From positions 9,684 through 73,683 of the forward strand of contig JAVZGQ010000001.1 of the NCBI GenBank assembly GCA_038998585.1: a stretch of 64,000 bases of DNA, read 5' to 3'. Of the stretch, positions 9,684 to 20,032 are shown piece by piece. The translations under genes and the position numbers were made by a program. The DNA is from Candidatus Aenigmatarchaeota archaeon. GTDB lineage: Archaea; Aenigmatarchaeota; Aenigmatarchaeia; CG10238-14; SCSR01. Numbering within the stretch: position 1 is the stretch's first letter; the number at the start of each line of letters is the position of its first letter. The notes under the pieces were generated by a model that saw only the letters and a program-made list of their open reading frames with translations, made no database searches and had not been told where the DNA came from.

Positions 9684-10616
9684 ATGGAAATTCCCGATGA
9701 AATTTTTAAAAGACTTGAAAAACTTAAAACAAAGAGAGTTTTTCTTCAATTTCCTGAAGGCTTAAGACTTAGAGTACAAAATATGGTTAAAGAACTTGAG
9801 GCCAAGGGCTTTCAAGTATTTTTATGTTTGGAAAAGTGTTTTGGCGCGTGTGATGTAAGAGAAGATGAAGCTTTAAGGCTTGGTTGTAGTGTTATTCTTC
9901 ACATAGGCCATGAGAAATTTTTGCCCAGAACTAAAATTCCAGTTGTTTATTGGGAATATTTTCTTGAGGCCGATGTAATACCAATTCTAGAAAAGGAGTT
10001 TGATAAGTTGAAGGAATTCGATAGCATAGGATTAATAACGAGTATTCAGTTTGTCAAGATTTTGCCTCTGGTAAAAGAATATCTAGAGAAAAAAGGAAAG
10101 AAAGTTTTTATGCACAAGGCATTACAATACACGGGGCAAGTTCTTGGTTGTAACCTGAAAGCAGCTATGTCTATAGAAAAAGAGGTTGAGTGCTTTCTTG
10201 CTGTTTCTGCTGGCGAATTTTATGCTGCCGGCCTAGTGCTCCAAACAGAAAAGCCTGTTTTGAATTTGGATTTGGAAAAGGGCGAGATAAGGAGATTGGA
10301 AGAATTCAAGAGAAGAACTCAAAAAATTTTGGTTTGGAATAAAGCCCAATTGAAAGAAGCTAGGAGAATTGGTTTGATTGTGAGTTGGAAGAGAGGTCAA
10401 ATGTTTGGAGACCCGCTAGATATAAAAGAAAAATTGGAGAAAAAAGGAAAAGAAGTTTTTCTTCTTGTTATGGACGAAATCTCGCCTGAAAAATTGGAGG
10501 GGCTTAATCTAGACTTACTCATAAGCTTTGGATGTCCAAGAATAGCTATCGATGATCAAGCTAAATTTTCAATCCCGATTTTAAACTATAGCTGGATCAA
10601 TGAGAAAGAAATTTAA
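9684..10616 (+). CDS. dph2: diphthamide biosynthesis enzyme Dph2 (2-(3-amino-3-carboxypropyl)histidine synthase)
   Basis: 310 aa; VFLQFPEGL start and conserved Cys spacing typical of archaeal Dph2. Confidence 0.75.
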   Translation: MEIPDEIFKRLEKLKTKRVFLQFPEGLRLRVQNMVKELEAKGFQVFLCLEKCFGACDVREDEALRLGCSVILHIGHEKFLPRTKIPVVYWEYFLEADVIPILEKEFDKLKEFDSIGLITSIQFVKILPLVKEYLEKKGKKVFMHKALQYTGQVLGCNLKAAMSIEKEVECFLAVSAGEFYAAGLVLQTEKPVLNLDLEKGEIRRLEEFKRRTQKILVWNKAQLKEARRIGLIVSWKRGQMFGDPLDIKEKLEKKGKEVFLLVMDEISPEKLEGLNLDLLISFGCPRIAIDDQAKFSIPILNYSWINEKEI

Positions 10617-10641
10617 ATATCAGCGATCCAAATTAATTTAA

Positions 10642-10920
10642 ATGCAGCTTAAAGTTATAAAAGAAGATGATAAAACCCTTTTCATAGAGTGTGGTGGGGA
10701 AACACACACACTAACTAATACAATTAGAGAAGCTTTGTGGGAAGATAAAAATGTTTCTGAATCGGCCGATGTTAAAGAGCATCCATACTTAAGCCAACCA
10801 AAGATTTTTGTCAGGGTCTCTAAAGGTTCCCCGAAGGAAGCTTTAGAAAAAGCCGCTGAAAGAATAGCTGAAAAGGCAAAAGAATTTGAGGAAGAATTCA
10901 AGAAGGCCTTGAAGGGTTAA
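10642..10920 (+). CDS. rpoL: DNA-directed RNA polymerase subunit L (Rpo11)
   Basis: 92 aa; ETHTLTNTIREAL matches the EDHTLGNLLR-type motif of RpoL/Rpb11. Confidence 0.75.
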   Translation: MQLKVIKEDDKTLFIECGGETHTLTNTIREALWEDKNVSESADVKEHPYLSQPKIFVRVSKGSPKEALEKAAERIAEKAKEFEEEFKKALKG

Positions 10921-10922
10921 AT

Positions 10923-11489
10923 TTAACAGATTTTTCTTCCAACTTCTTTCAGGAGTGTAGAATTTACATAAATTGAAGAATTTGTTCTTAATGCTATTGC
11001 TATAGCATCGCTTGGTCTTGCATCTAGGCTTAAAATAGTATTGCCTTGCCTCAAAATTAGCTTGGAATAGAAAGAATTTTCTTTTAGCTCTGTTATTTTA
11101 ACCATCAGGACCTCTATTCCCAAAGAATTGAAAGCATCAGCAACTATATCGTGGGCATTTGGTCTTGCTACATATATATTTTCAATTCCTCTTTGGACAG
11201 ACTCTGCTTGGCTAGTTTCAACAGTTGCAATCAAGTCATAACAGTCTGTTTTAATGCTTATGATACCAATATTCCCAAGAATGTTTGTTTCAATATTTTT
11301 GACTTTTGAAAAGCCAGAAGTTGAAAGCTCGGGTAAAAGAATCGATTGAAAAGTTCGCTCGATTTCTTTTGGCCAGAAAGTGTAGATTGCCAAAAAAGCG
11401 ATGGCAAACAAGAGTATTATAGAAAGGATTTTATATTGCCCAGAATATTTTTTCCATCTGTATTTCATATTTATTCCTTTTTTTACCAA
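10923..11489 (-). CDS. bifunctional nuclease (BFN/DUF151) domain protein with N-terminal TM anchor
   Basis: DARPSDAIAIALR motif characteristic of the BFN family. Confidence 0.6.
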   Translation of the reverse strand: MVKKGINMKYRWKKYSGQYKILSIILLFAIAFLAIYTFWPKEIERTFQSILLPELSTSGFSKVKNIETNILGNIGIISIKTDCYDLIATVETSQAESVQRGIENIYVARPNAHDIVADAFNSLGIEVLMVKITELKENSFYSKLILRQGNTILSLDARPSDAIAIALRTNSSIYVNSTLLKEVGRKIC

Positions 11490-11530
11490 AATAAAAAGCT
11501 TTTATATTAAAAAAAAAATAATTAAATATT

Positions 11531-11941
11531 ATGAGTTCAAAAGCCGTAAGCCCTATGATAGCTACTATTCTCCTTATAGCTTTTACTGTGGCAGTAGGTG
11601 GTATAATAAGTGTTTGGCTAACAACCTACACAAGAACAACAGGGGCTTCTGTTTCAACAGCAACAGAAGATCAAATAAAGTGCTCTGGAACTTATCCATA
11701 TATATATTCTGTCACAGGCACAGCAATCTTCGTGACAAATCCTGGTAGTGAGAACATAACCAACATCACATGTTTGGCCGGTGACGGATCTAATCTTGGT
11801 AGCGTTTCAGATCTTACTCCAGGAGCTTTGGCTTCTAAACTCTGGACAAGAGGAAGCAACACTTCAGTTATTTGCACTGGTAAATGCAGATCAATAGGAG
11901 TTTCAGGAGAATGTAGAACAGGGCAAACTTGTTGGAGTTAG
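11531..11941 (+). CDS. archaeal type IV pilin (class III signal peptide)
   Basis: N-terminus KAVSPMIATILLIAFTVAVGG (prepilin peptidase-type motif); multiple N-x-S/T sequons and Cys pairs. Confidence 0.7.
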   Translation: MSSKAVSPMIATILLIAFTVAVGGIISVWLTTYTRTTGASVSTATEDQIKCSGTYPYIYSVTGTAIFVTNPGSENITNITCLAGDGSNLGSVSDLTPGALASKLWTRGSNTSVICTGKCRSIGVSGECRTGQTCWS

Positions 11942-12006
11942 TAAAATCTTTAAAATTTGATCAAAGCCAACAAATGGTCCGATAAATTTGACTTTGATTA
12001 GTTTTT

Positions 12007-13224
12007 TTAACAAGAAAATATTTTTATTAAGGGCTTGTTGTCAAGCTCACCAATTTTTTCTATACATAGCTTATGAGTTCCTTTACCAATCCTAAGATTT
12101 CCTGTCAGGATGATTTTGCTATATTCAAGAAGAACTTGATAGTTCGAGGCTTTAGTATTAAAGTTCTCTTTGATTTCTTCTTCACTTAAAGCTCTGTTGT
12201 AAATTCTAACTTCATCAATTATCAAATCTCCATATCGATTACCCCAGGATACTGCTAAATAAATTCCAAGAAATCCCATTTCTTTACCTGTTCTTTTGTC
12301 ATCACATTGGTAAATCAACTTACCATCTTGATAAATTTTATGGGAGTTATAATCCCAAACCCAAACTATATGATACCATCTCATTAAATCTGGTGCAGAA
12401 TTTGTTGGAGGGAATGGCCATATGCCTTCACCTGTATCCGTGCTTCGCGTTCCTAATTCAAATCTCTTATAACTACCTGAATAATATATAATAATATATG
12501 CACTCAAGTTTCCTCCTGGTTTAATATTTTTATGGAAAAAGATATATGTTGCATTTTGTGGATATGTAGTTATATATTTTCTAGGAAAAGCCCAAAGCGA
12601 TATAGTGAAAGAATTAGATATATATTTTTGCCAATCAAAGGAATTTGGAACTTCAACATAATCATCCACACCATCAAAACTCAAAGCCTTTCCAAACTTT
12701 CCATCAACCCACTCAGGACATCCCACCTCAGCTAGAGGTGGGTTAGAGCAGCTCAAGCTCCCATTGTAAAGTGTACCATGATTTCCATAACCAGAGCTGT
12801 CTTCAGCTTTTGTCCCATTCCTCTCATTTAAATTCCAATATCCAACCAAGCCGGCAGAACTCATTCCTGCACTATACTTCAAATTCCCCACTCTTTTAAG
12901 CATAGGTGCATCAAAAGGACTATGTTTCAAGTCTATCTTAAATTGAAGTGCTCCAGTAAAATTTCCACTAGTGTTAACTATTCTATAATTACCATCACTG
13001 ACTTTCAACACTACGCTCCTCAAACTTCCTGTCCCTTCCGAGGCAACCTCCCTTATCAAGTTGTCCAAAAGACGCATGTTCTGCTCAGCCTCGTTTATTA
13101 CACCAAACTCATAAGCCCTTTCTACAGTAGGTTTTGCTACATTCATCACAATATAAACTGCAGATACAGTGATCAATATCAATAGAACCGTTGAAACTAT
13201 AGGTGAAATCCCCTTTCTCATCAA
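12007..13224 (-). CDS. pilin-like protein with class III signal peptide and C-terminal LamG/concanavalin-like domain (putative pilus tip adhesin)
   Basis: RKGISPIVSTVLLILITV N-terminus; GKALSFDGVDDYVEVPN LamG-like motif. Confidence 0.6.
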   Translation of the reverse strand: MMRKGISPIVSTVLLILITVSAVYIVMNVAKPTVERAYEFGVINEAEQNMRLLDNLIREVASEGTGSLRSVVLKVSDGNYRIVNTSGNFTGALQFKIDLKHSPFDAPMLKRVGNLKYSAGMSSAGLVGYWNLNERNGTKAEDSSGYGNHGTLYNGSLSCSNPPLAEVGCPEWVDGKFGKALSFDGVDDYVEVPNSFDWQKYISNSFTISLWAFPRKYITTYPQNATYIFFHKNIKPGGNLSAYIIIYYSGSYKRFELGTRSTDTGEGIWPFPPTNSAPDLMRWYHIVWVWDYNSHKIYQDGKLIYQCDDKRTGKEMGFLGIYLAVSWGNRYGDLIIDEVRIYNRALSEEEIKENFNTKASNYQVLLEYSKIILTGNLRIGKGTHKLCIEKIGELDNKPLIKIFSC

Positions 13225-13301
13225 ATAGAAATTGTTTTTCTTTGGTTTATTTTTATTCTATGGTCCAGACACAATTATGAGTTAGAGCTTGATATGTAAA
13301 A

Positions 13302-13931
13302 TCAAACGATTTCAACAATTTTTGAAAATTCGTCTCTATTTTCGGCTGTAAAACTTTTCATTCTCAAATCAAAGAATCCGACAAATTTACTTTTTCCAAG
13401 TTCAACATGAATTACAATCCTATACTGCTTAATTTCTTTAGATGTGGTATAATTCACGCTTAAAATGTAGTTTGCATTTGAAGCAGTATTGAATAGAAAG
13501 CTACTACTCACACTCTTCCCGTCTTCAACATTATAATGTTGCTCTACACTACCATTGAAATCCAGTGTTAAATTTTTTATAGTTTCTCCAAGAAAATTGT
13601 AGACAGTAACATTCAAGTTAGAATCAGCAGAAGCTGTAACATTTTTATAGATAGATTCAACAGCTATTCCATTTAGTTCTATTGTTCTACTTTTAAGCCT
13701 TTCCCTAACATATTTCAAATAATTCTCAATTTTTTCACTCTCATTTTTATTGTAAGAATATTCTACTGTTTTGATGAGGGCATTCTTCACATTCAAGAAT
13801 TCTTCCCTTTCTACACTTGTCTCAAGATTGCGCTTGTCTTCAATTATCCTAGAAAGGCTTAAGCTACTTTTAATCAGGAAAAGAACAATCACGATTACGA
13901 TCCCTGAAATCAAGAAAAATTGTCCTTTCAT
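13302..13931 (-). CDS. minor pilin-like protein
   Basis: MKG-QFFLISGIVIVIVLF (KG|Q prepilin cleavage motif), then a beta-rich glycosylatable domain. Confidence 0.4.
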   Translation of the reverse strand: MKGQFFLISGIVIVIVLFLIKSSLSLSRIIEDKRNLETSVEREEFLNVKNALIKTVEYSYNKNESEKIENYLKYVRERLKSRTIELNGIAVESIYKNVTASADSNLNVTVYNFLGETIKNLTLDFNGSVEQHYNVEDGKSVSSSFLFNTASNANYILSVNYTTSKEIKQYRIVIHVELGKSKFVGFFDLRMKSFTAENRDEFSKIVEIV

Positions 13932-14311
13932 ACCCCTCTCCACAAATAGAGCCAAACTTCTCTGGGTTCAACATGCGTAACATTACCGCTAACAAAATAT
14001 CCCACAGAGACGACTTTTTCTGATTCTATATTTGGCCTAGGACAAGTCTGATTACATATCACAATTTTGTAATCAAGACCAATTGGTAAATTCTTGATTA
14101 AACAGCTTTCGATTTTTTCACTCTGATTTGCTAAAACATAGTTTGCAAGCTGGTTTGAGTCGTCTAAAGCTTTTAAGGCCTCAATTCCCCTAAGCTTCCA
14201 TATCACAGTTTCCATCTCCGGAACTTTTTCTCCGACAAAGAGTGCAAAATAAGCAGCTAGAACAAAAAGTATTGCAACTAATGCTTCAAAACTTTTAAGT
14301 ATACCCTTCAT
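13928..14311 (-). CDS. pilin-like small protein
   Basis: MKG-ILKSFEALVAILFVLAAY hydrophobic N-terminus; overlapping start/stop within the pilus operon. Confidence 0.35.
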   Translation of the reverse strand: MKGILKSFEALVAILFVLAAYFALFVGEKVPEMETVIWKLRGIEALKALDDSNQLANYVLANQSEKIESCLIKNLPIGLDYKIVICNQTCPRPNIESEKVVSVGYFVSGNVTHVEPREVWLYLWRGV

Positions 14312-15006
14312 GATATCTCCACTTTAAATTCATATCCTTTAGGTATAGTTTGTATAGCTCCAATATAACTCAAATTCCTTAATGCAAGAAGTTTGTCTAC
14401 TGATATAATCTGAAACTCTTGAATAGGGTAGGTTTGAAATGTGTAATTGCTCGCATTTACAGGGAATTCTACTGAATAATTTGGTGGTAAGATATTTTTT
14501 TCAGAAGAAAAATACAAGAAGAAGAATTCGGATTGGTATGGTTCAAGGCTGAGATTGAAAGCAATCTCACCTTTTTTAAGAAAGCCCTCACAAAAGCTTT
14601 GGTTGTAAAGCTGGAAAGGAATTTGGGAGTTGTTTGAATTATATAGCCTTACACTACTGTTTGTAATTCCTCTTACACAACTTGAGTCAAATTCAACACT
14701 TCCATTTATAGTTATATTATTTCTGTAGCTACCATTTGTTTCCGTAACATTTATTACCATCATGTAAAGCTTGCCCATCAAACCAATTTTAACAGGCGCC
14801 AAGTTACTTTCTTCCCAGTTGCTAGGCACACCCTCATCCGTGAAAAAAATGTTAAAAAGGTCTGATGCTATGCTTCTTACTTCAGAATTCTCTGCTATGC
14901 CCCTATAATTAATAAGATAACTGATAACATAACCAAAAAGTATGCCAATAAAAACAAAAAAAATGCCGGCAGCTATTGCAAAATCAACATGTGAAATGGC
15001 CATCAA
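14308..15006 (-). CDS. pilus-associated membrane-anchored protein
   Basis: N-terminal TM helix, N-glycosylation sequon-rich ectodomain; operon member. Confidence 0.35.
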   Translation of the reverse strand: MMAISHVDFAIAAGIFFVFIGILFGYVISYLINYRGIAENSEVRSIASDLFNIFFTDEGVPSNWEESNLAPVKIGLMGKLYMMVINVTETNGSYRNNITINGSVEFDSSCVRGITNSSVRLYNSNNSQIPFQLYNQSFCEGFLKKGEIAFNLSLEPYQSEFFFLYFSSEKNILPPNYSVEFPVNASNYTFQTYPIQEFQIISVDKLLALRNLSYIGAIQTIPKGYEFKVEIS

Positions 15007-15593
15007 CTCACCTTCAATATATTTATAATTATTTCCTGTTTACCAAGTGTTATGAAATCTTTTATTGTGTTATTAATGTTCGCTCTATAATAGCTGAGAG
15101 TGCTATTTAAACCGTTCTCAATTCTTCCTTGAAATAGAACATCTACATTTGGAACTTCCTGCTCAACCATAACTTCAGGAGACTGCGTTGTCTTTAAGAT
15201 GATTTTTGCACCAGGAGAAGTAATTATAGGTGCTGCTGGTGATCTCCCCCCAACGGTTAGATTTGAGATTTGGATCCAGATTGGACTAGAGGAAATCAAA
15301 AAAATCTCATAATTTCTGCCCGAAATTCTAGGCGGCAAATTCAAATTAACTTCAGCGAGTTTAGCACTCTCGCCCAACATCGGATAATATTTAGAATTTT
15401 TTCCAGTCTCGTAAATTTTTAGAATATTGTTTGAGACTTCAAGAGCTAATTGCCTGAGATTGTTTTCAATTTCAGCTTTAAGTTGATTTGTGTAGAGATT
15501 GTAAACCATAACAGAAATTGCAGACAAAATTACAATACCAAAGAGAATTGTAAACACATTTTCAACAACTTCAGCTTGACCCTTCCCCATCAA
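15003..15593 (-). CDS. pilin-like protein
   Basis: MMGKG-QAEVVENVFTILFGIVIL class III-like N-terminus. Confidence 0.4.
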   Translation of the reverse strand: MMGKGQAEVVENVFTILFGIVILSAISVMVYNLYTNQLKAEIENNLRQLALEVSNNILKIYETGKNSKYYPMLGESAKLAEVNLNLPPRISGRNYEIFLISSSPIWIQISNLTVGGRSPAAPIITSPGAKIILKTTQSPEVMVEQEVPNVDVLFQGRIENGLNSTLSYYRANINNTIKDFITLGKQEIIINILKVS

Positions 15594-15646
15594 TTAAATT
15601 TTCTCATCTACAATATATTTATTAGTCTAAATACAAATTTAGATTA

Positions 15647-16090
15647 ATGAAAGGAATTTCCCCTCTTGTAGCAACCGTTCTTTTGATAGCGATAACAATG
15701 TCCGTGGCAGGTATATTGGCCTTCTGGGTCTCGAGTTTTACTAGCCAAACTTTGCCAAAATACAACAGGACAGAAGAATGTAGGTTCTCAAATTTTGAAA
15801 TATATAGTTGTACTCTAGATAGGGCTACAGGAACACTAACCTTTATACTCAGAAACACAGGTCAGTATGATATTCAAGGTCTTACAGCTTTTATTATATT
15901 AAAAAATAACATAGTAACACCAACCATAAATTTGAATCCTAGCTCTCTTATGGTCGGTGAGTATAAAAGTTTCATTCTTCCAAACTCCACAACCAATGTT
16001 CCAGCCGAACAATTCTCAAAGCTTATAGTCGGAACTTCGGTATGCCCTGATTTGAGCAAAGAATCTACTTGTGGTGTATATGGTGTATAA
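15647..16090 (+). CDS. archaeal type IV pilin
   Basis: MKGISPLVATVLLIAITMSVAGILAFWV class III signal peptide. Confidence 0.7.
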   Translation: MKGISPLVATVLLIAITMSVAGILAFWVSSFTSQTLPKYNRTEECRFSNFEIYSCTLDRATGTLTFILRNTGQYDIQGLTAFIILKNNIVTPTINLNPSSLMVGEYKSFILPNSTTNVPAEQFSKLIVGTSVCPDLSKESTCGVYGV

Positions 16091-16091
16091 A

Positions 16092-16565
16092 ATGAAAGGA
16101 ATCTCCCCCCTCATCGCAACTATTCTCTTAATTGCAATAACTGTTGCGGTTGGTGGTTTGGTCGGAAGTTGGGTTTTTAGTTTCACAAGAAGCTCTACGC
16201 AAACTGTAAGGCAACAAGCGGATATAGAAATAATTTGTAATCAAGGCAGAATTTCTCTTTCAGATGTCTGTTATTCAAACAACTACATTTTAGGCTACAT
16301 TACCAACACAGGCAACATACCACTAGGGGATATAACCCTTACGATATTTTACTCAAATGCATCAACACAGAGATATTACCTTTCTTTTGCTAATGGGGCT
16401 GTCGTGCCTGAGACATCTTGTTGCGGCAACTTAACTATACTTGTAAATGAAAAATATATGTTTAATATTTCTGCAAATCAAAATTACAATAAAGTTTACG
16501 TTTCTACTAACTGTACATCAATAGTAACAGATGAGGTGGAGGCTTCAGATATTTCGAGTTGTTAG
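16092..16565 (+). CDS. archaeal type IV pilin
   Basis: MKGISPLIATILLIAITVAVGG (internal Met of the called ORF); many N-x-S/T sequons. Confidence 0.7.
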   Translation: MKGISPLIATILLIAITVAVGGLVGSWVFSFTRSSTQTVRQQADIEIICNQGRISLSDVCYSNNYILGYITNTGNIPLGDITLTIFYSNASTQRYYLSFANGAVVPETSCCGNLTILVNEKYMFNISANQNYNKVYVSTNCTSIVTDEVEASDISSC

Positions 16566-17383
16566 CCTAAAATTGTGAACACGACTAGACCGACGACAAT
16601 CATTACCAAACTATGTTTTATGCCGCTTACGATTCTACCTTCAGCCATTTTTCCAACACTTAGGCCAGCGAAACCACCTTGAAGCAGGATTAGATTCCTG
16701 AAGAGATTTTTATATTCGCTGCTAAAATTTTGTTGTGGAGAAGTCACACCCTCAACATTAATATTCATCAAACTTGGAATCAAAAATCTACCCATCGCAA
16801 TTATTACACCCAGAAAAACAAAGAAAATTATATAGCCTGTGGTTACTTGAGAATACAAGTACATCATTCTTTCAGCTTTAATTCTTTCTACTTCTATGCT
16901 AGCATTGCCAAGTGCTTCCAGGGTATCTGTGAGATTACCACCAAATCTATGACTTTCAATCACAGAAGATATAGTTCTATTTATCATCCTGGATTTTGTT
17001 GATTTGGCAAAGTTGAGTAAAACTTTTTCTACAGGTATACCCCAATCAAGCTGTGCTGCCATCTTTTTCACATACTGGTTAAGCTCTTTGTAGTCATTCT
17101 TTTTCAAATTTTCCATAGCCTGTTCTACAGTCATTCCACCTCTCGTTAATTCTATGAAATCTCTGAGAAATGCCGGAAACATATTTTCAATAATTTTAAG
17201 CTTCCTGTATTTTAGATATTCAAGCAGTACTATTGGCATAACAAACATTATGCAGGCAAGGATGTTTATGGTGGAAAAAATGTTTGGTATTTCCCTCAAG
17301 AATAGAAAGTTAATAGCTATTATTCCCAGTACTATAAAACCATTCAAAATTACCAGTATCAAATACTTCTTTTCTATCTTCAT
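16562..17383 (-). CDS. TadC/FlaJ-like pilus assembly membrane protein (T2SSF domain), second half of a split pair
   Basis: Polytopic membrane protein downstream of and overlapping the other TadC-like gene and the pilus ATPase. Confidence 0.55.
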   Translation of the reverse strand: MKIEKKYLILVILNGFIVLGIIAINFLFLREIPNIFSTINILACIMFVMPIVLLEYLKYRKLKIIENMFPAFLRDFIELTRGGMTVEQAMENLKKNDYKELNQYVKKMAAQLDWGIPVEKVLLNFAKSTKSRMINRTISSVIESHRFGGNLTDTLEALGNASIEVERIKAERMMYLYSQVTTGYIIFFVFLGVIIAMGRFLIPSLMNINVEGVTSPQQNFSSEYKNLFRNLILLQGGFAGLSVGKMAEGRIVSGIKHSLVMIVVGLVVFTILG

Positions 17384-18255
17384 ATTTGAACCTCAATTCC
17401 TCCCAAGAACAGTAAGAAACCTATGTTGATTGTGGGTATGAGGAGATATACGCTAAGCTTCATCAAATCGAAGATTCCGAAGCCACCTAAGGTGGGTTGG
17501 ATCATATTCATCACAGCGAACAAAGAAATAATGAAAAGGGGTGCGGCTATCAATATACCTGTGTAAAATTCTGCAATTGTGCTTAGTTGTTGAATAAATT
17601 TTTCTCTTTTAATTCTCCACTCAAAAAGTGCTTGCTCTCCCATGGTCTTCAAGAAGGTCTTTATATTACCACCTGCTTCTATTGTTGTAGCAAACCCTAA
17701 AAGGACTTGTTTGAATTGATCGCTTGGAGATCTGTTCGCGCACTCTTTAACGGCAGTTAACGGATCTACACCAAACTCATCGATATTTTTAACTATTTTA
17801 TCCATTTCTTTTGAAATTTCCCCATATTCACCAAACTGGCTAAGGAGCCTAAAAACCACATACGGAGGGATTCCAGATTCTGCTATTGCTCCCATATGTG
17901 TTAGAGCAAAAGGTAAGTTAGCTTCTATATCTTTTTTTCTTCTTTCAGCTTTTTGAGATGGGTAAAAAGTGAAAACAATTAAATTAACCGCAGCTATCAA
18001 GAAAGAAGCAAAAAAAGAATAGAAAATTCTTAAAATAAATTGAAGTTGGATTGCTGTTAAAGCTGTGAAAGAAACTATGAAGCTTAAGATGAAAATTATT
18101 AAGGAAAAGAGGATCACCAGACTGGCATAAGTCCTATAACCAATTCTTATATCTGCTTTTGGTAGATTGTCCTTTATGATAGAAAAAAATTCTGGGTATT
18201 TGTCTACAATCCAACCAAAATTTGAATTTGCCAAACCTTTAACAAATTCCAACAT
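17380..18255 (-). CDS. TadC/FlaJ-like pilus assembly membrane protein (T2SSF domain), first half
   Basis: Same operon; TM-cytoplasmic-TM layout typical of T2SS F domains. Confidence 0.55.
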   Translation of the reverse strand: MLEFVKGLANSNFGWIVDKYPEFFSIIKDNLPKADIRIGYRTYASLVILFSLIIFILSFIVSFTALTAIQLQFILRIFYSFFASFLIAAVNLIVFTFYPSQKAERRKKDIEANLPFALTHMGAIAESGIPPYVVFRLLSQFGEYGEISKEMDKIVKNIDEFGVDPLTAVKECANRSPSDQFKQVLLGFATTIEAGGNIKTFLKTMGEQALFEWRIKREKFIQQLSTIAEFYTGILIAAPLFIISLFAVMNMIQPTLGGFGIFDLMKLSVYLLIPTINIGFLLFLGGIEVQI

Positions 18256-20030
18256 TACCTTTCCCTTAAGATTTTAAATCCTAGGATTTCTAATATAGGT
18301 ACTCTTTTCTTTTCCTTCTCACGCTTTTCGGTTTTGATTAAAGGAGTTTCAATTTCTGGTTTTTGTGACACCTTTTCTTCGTATACAATATCTTCCAATT
18401 CTTTCCCAGCAATCTCGAAAAATTTTTTCTTATCTTTATGATAAAGATTTATGATCTTGACAACTTCTGTGTAATCTTTTATACCTTTTTTTCTCATCCA
18501 TTCTAAGATTTTCTCCCTTCTTTTAATTTCTTCCCATGCATCCTCTATTTTTCCACCTTTTGCCAGTGTAATATTTTTAACTTTTATACTATCTTCGACT
18601 TTTTTATACTCATCTCTTTCAGGATCCCATTTGAAGATAGTTCTGTATTTCACCTCTCCAGTCTTAGGGTCAACAGATTCTATTTCTACCACTTCTCTTA
18701 TCCTTCTTGCAGACTTCCCCCTTTCCCTTGCATGAATCATCACCACTATAACATCAAGTCCCTCAATTAGAGTTGGCGAAAGTTCAATAGGCGGGCTTGT
18801 CAACCTCTTTATCAAAGTTTCTACAGATCCTGCGTGTATTGTGCTAAGGCTTGGATGACCTGAGCTTATTCCCTGGAACATAACATAAGCTTCTTCACCT
18901 CTTGTCTCCCCGACAATCACATAATCAGGGTTTTGTCTGAAACTCTCTTTCAACAAATCAAAAAGGCTCACACCACCATATTTTTCTCCAGATGGCATTG
19001 GTATTCCAAACCCAGGTCTTGCTAAAGTCGGGACCCAATGTTCGTTAGGAATCCTAAGCTCCCTAGTGTCTTCTATACTTACTATCTTTGCTTCTGGTGG
19101 GATGAACATACATAATGTGTTCAGAAAGCTTGTTTTACCTGTAGCAACCCCACCAATTATAAGTGCTGAAATACCATGCTCCATAAGATACCAAAAGTAT
19201 GCTAAGATTTGGGGGGAGGCTGTTTTAACTTCAATCTGCTCAATGGGAGAGAGAGGTCTTTCACCGAATTTTCTTATTGTTATCACTGGCCCACGAGTTG
19301 CTACGTCAGGTGCTAGAGTTGCCGCGACTCTTGAACCATCTGGCAGAGTCCCATCAAGAATAGGTTCAGCGTAACTAACATATCTACCACATCTTTCCGA
19401 AAGCTTAACAACAAGTTCTCTTAATTTCCCTAAATCCTTAAAGATAACATTGGTCTTAAGAGTACCATATTTTCTATGAACGACATAAAAAGGAATGTTT
19501 ACTCCATCACAGCTTATGTCCTCTATATTTGGGTCCTGCATGAAAGGTTCAATTTCATTCAAACCTACAAAATTCCTATAAATGTAATACATTATTTTGA
19601 TGTATTGTTCTTGAGTGAGCTTAATTCCCAACTCTTTTATCACTTTTACTACATTTTTTTCTAGATATTCTATGATTTTTGAAGGTTGCTTTATGCTTGA
19701 AAGCTCGACATCAACAAGCTCAATCAAACTTTCTGAAACTTTTTTAAGAATTTCCTCATCTTTTTCACTTAGCTTTGGCTCTAGTACATTATAAACCAAT
19801 TCTTTGTTTTCTGGGTTCCATTTAATTTGTGCATACGCAAAGGGTTCAAGTAGAGGGTAGATAACATTAACTTTTGTTGTTTCTACATCGGGAAATTCAA
19901 CTATTCTCTTGGGTTTTCTCACACCAAATCCAGGCAAGATTTCATCAAGAATCGTACCTTCCTTTTTTTTCTCAGATTCCTTGATTTTCCTGTACAAGAT
20001 TCCTCTTATACCCCATATTTTTTTAAGCAT
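18255..20030 (-). CDS. type IV pilus assembly ATPase (TadA/CpaF/FlaI-VirB11 family)
   Basis: Walker A GGVATGKTSFLN, Asp box, Walker B DYVIVGETRGEE, His box. Confidence 0.8.
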   Translation of the reverse strand: MLKKIWGIRGILYRKIKESEKKKEGTILDEILPGFGVRKPKRIVEFPDVETTKVNVIYPLLEPFAYAQIKWNPENKELVYNVLEPKLSEKDEEILKKVSESLIELVDVELSSIKQPSKIIEYLEKNVVKVIKELGIKLTQEQYIKIMYYIYRNFVGLNEIEPFMQDPNIEDISCDGVNIPFYVVHRKYGTLKTNVIFKDLGKLRELVVKLSERCGRYVSYAEPILDGTLPDGSRVAATLAPDVATRGPVITIRKFGERPLSPIEQIEVKTASPQILAYFWYLMEHGISALIIGGVATGKTSFLNTLCMFIPPEAKIVSIEDTRELRIPNEHWVPTLARPGFGIPMPSGEKYGGVSLFDLLKESFRQNPDYVIVGETRGEEAYVMFQGISSGHPSLSTIHAGSVETLIKRLTSPPIELSPTLIEGLDVIVVMIHARERGKSARRIREVVEIESVDPKTGEVKYRTIFKWDPERDEYKKVEDSIKVKNITLAKGGKIEDAWEEIKRREKILEWMRKKGIKDYTEVVKIINLYHKDKKKFFEIAGKELEDIVYEEKVSQKPEIETPLIKTEKREKEKKRVPILEILGFKILRER

Positions 20031-20032
20031 AT

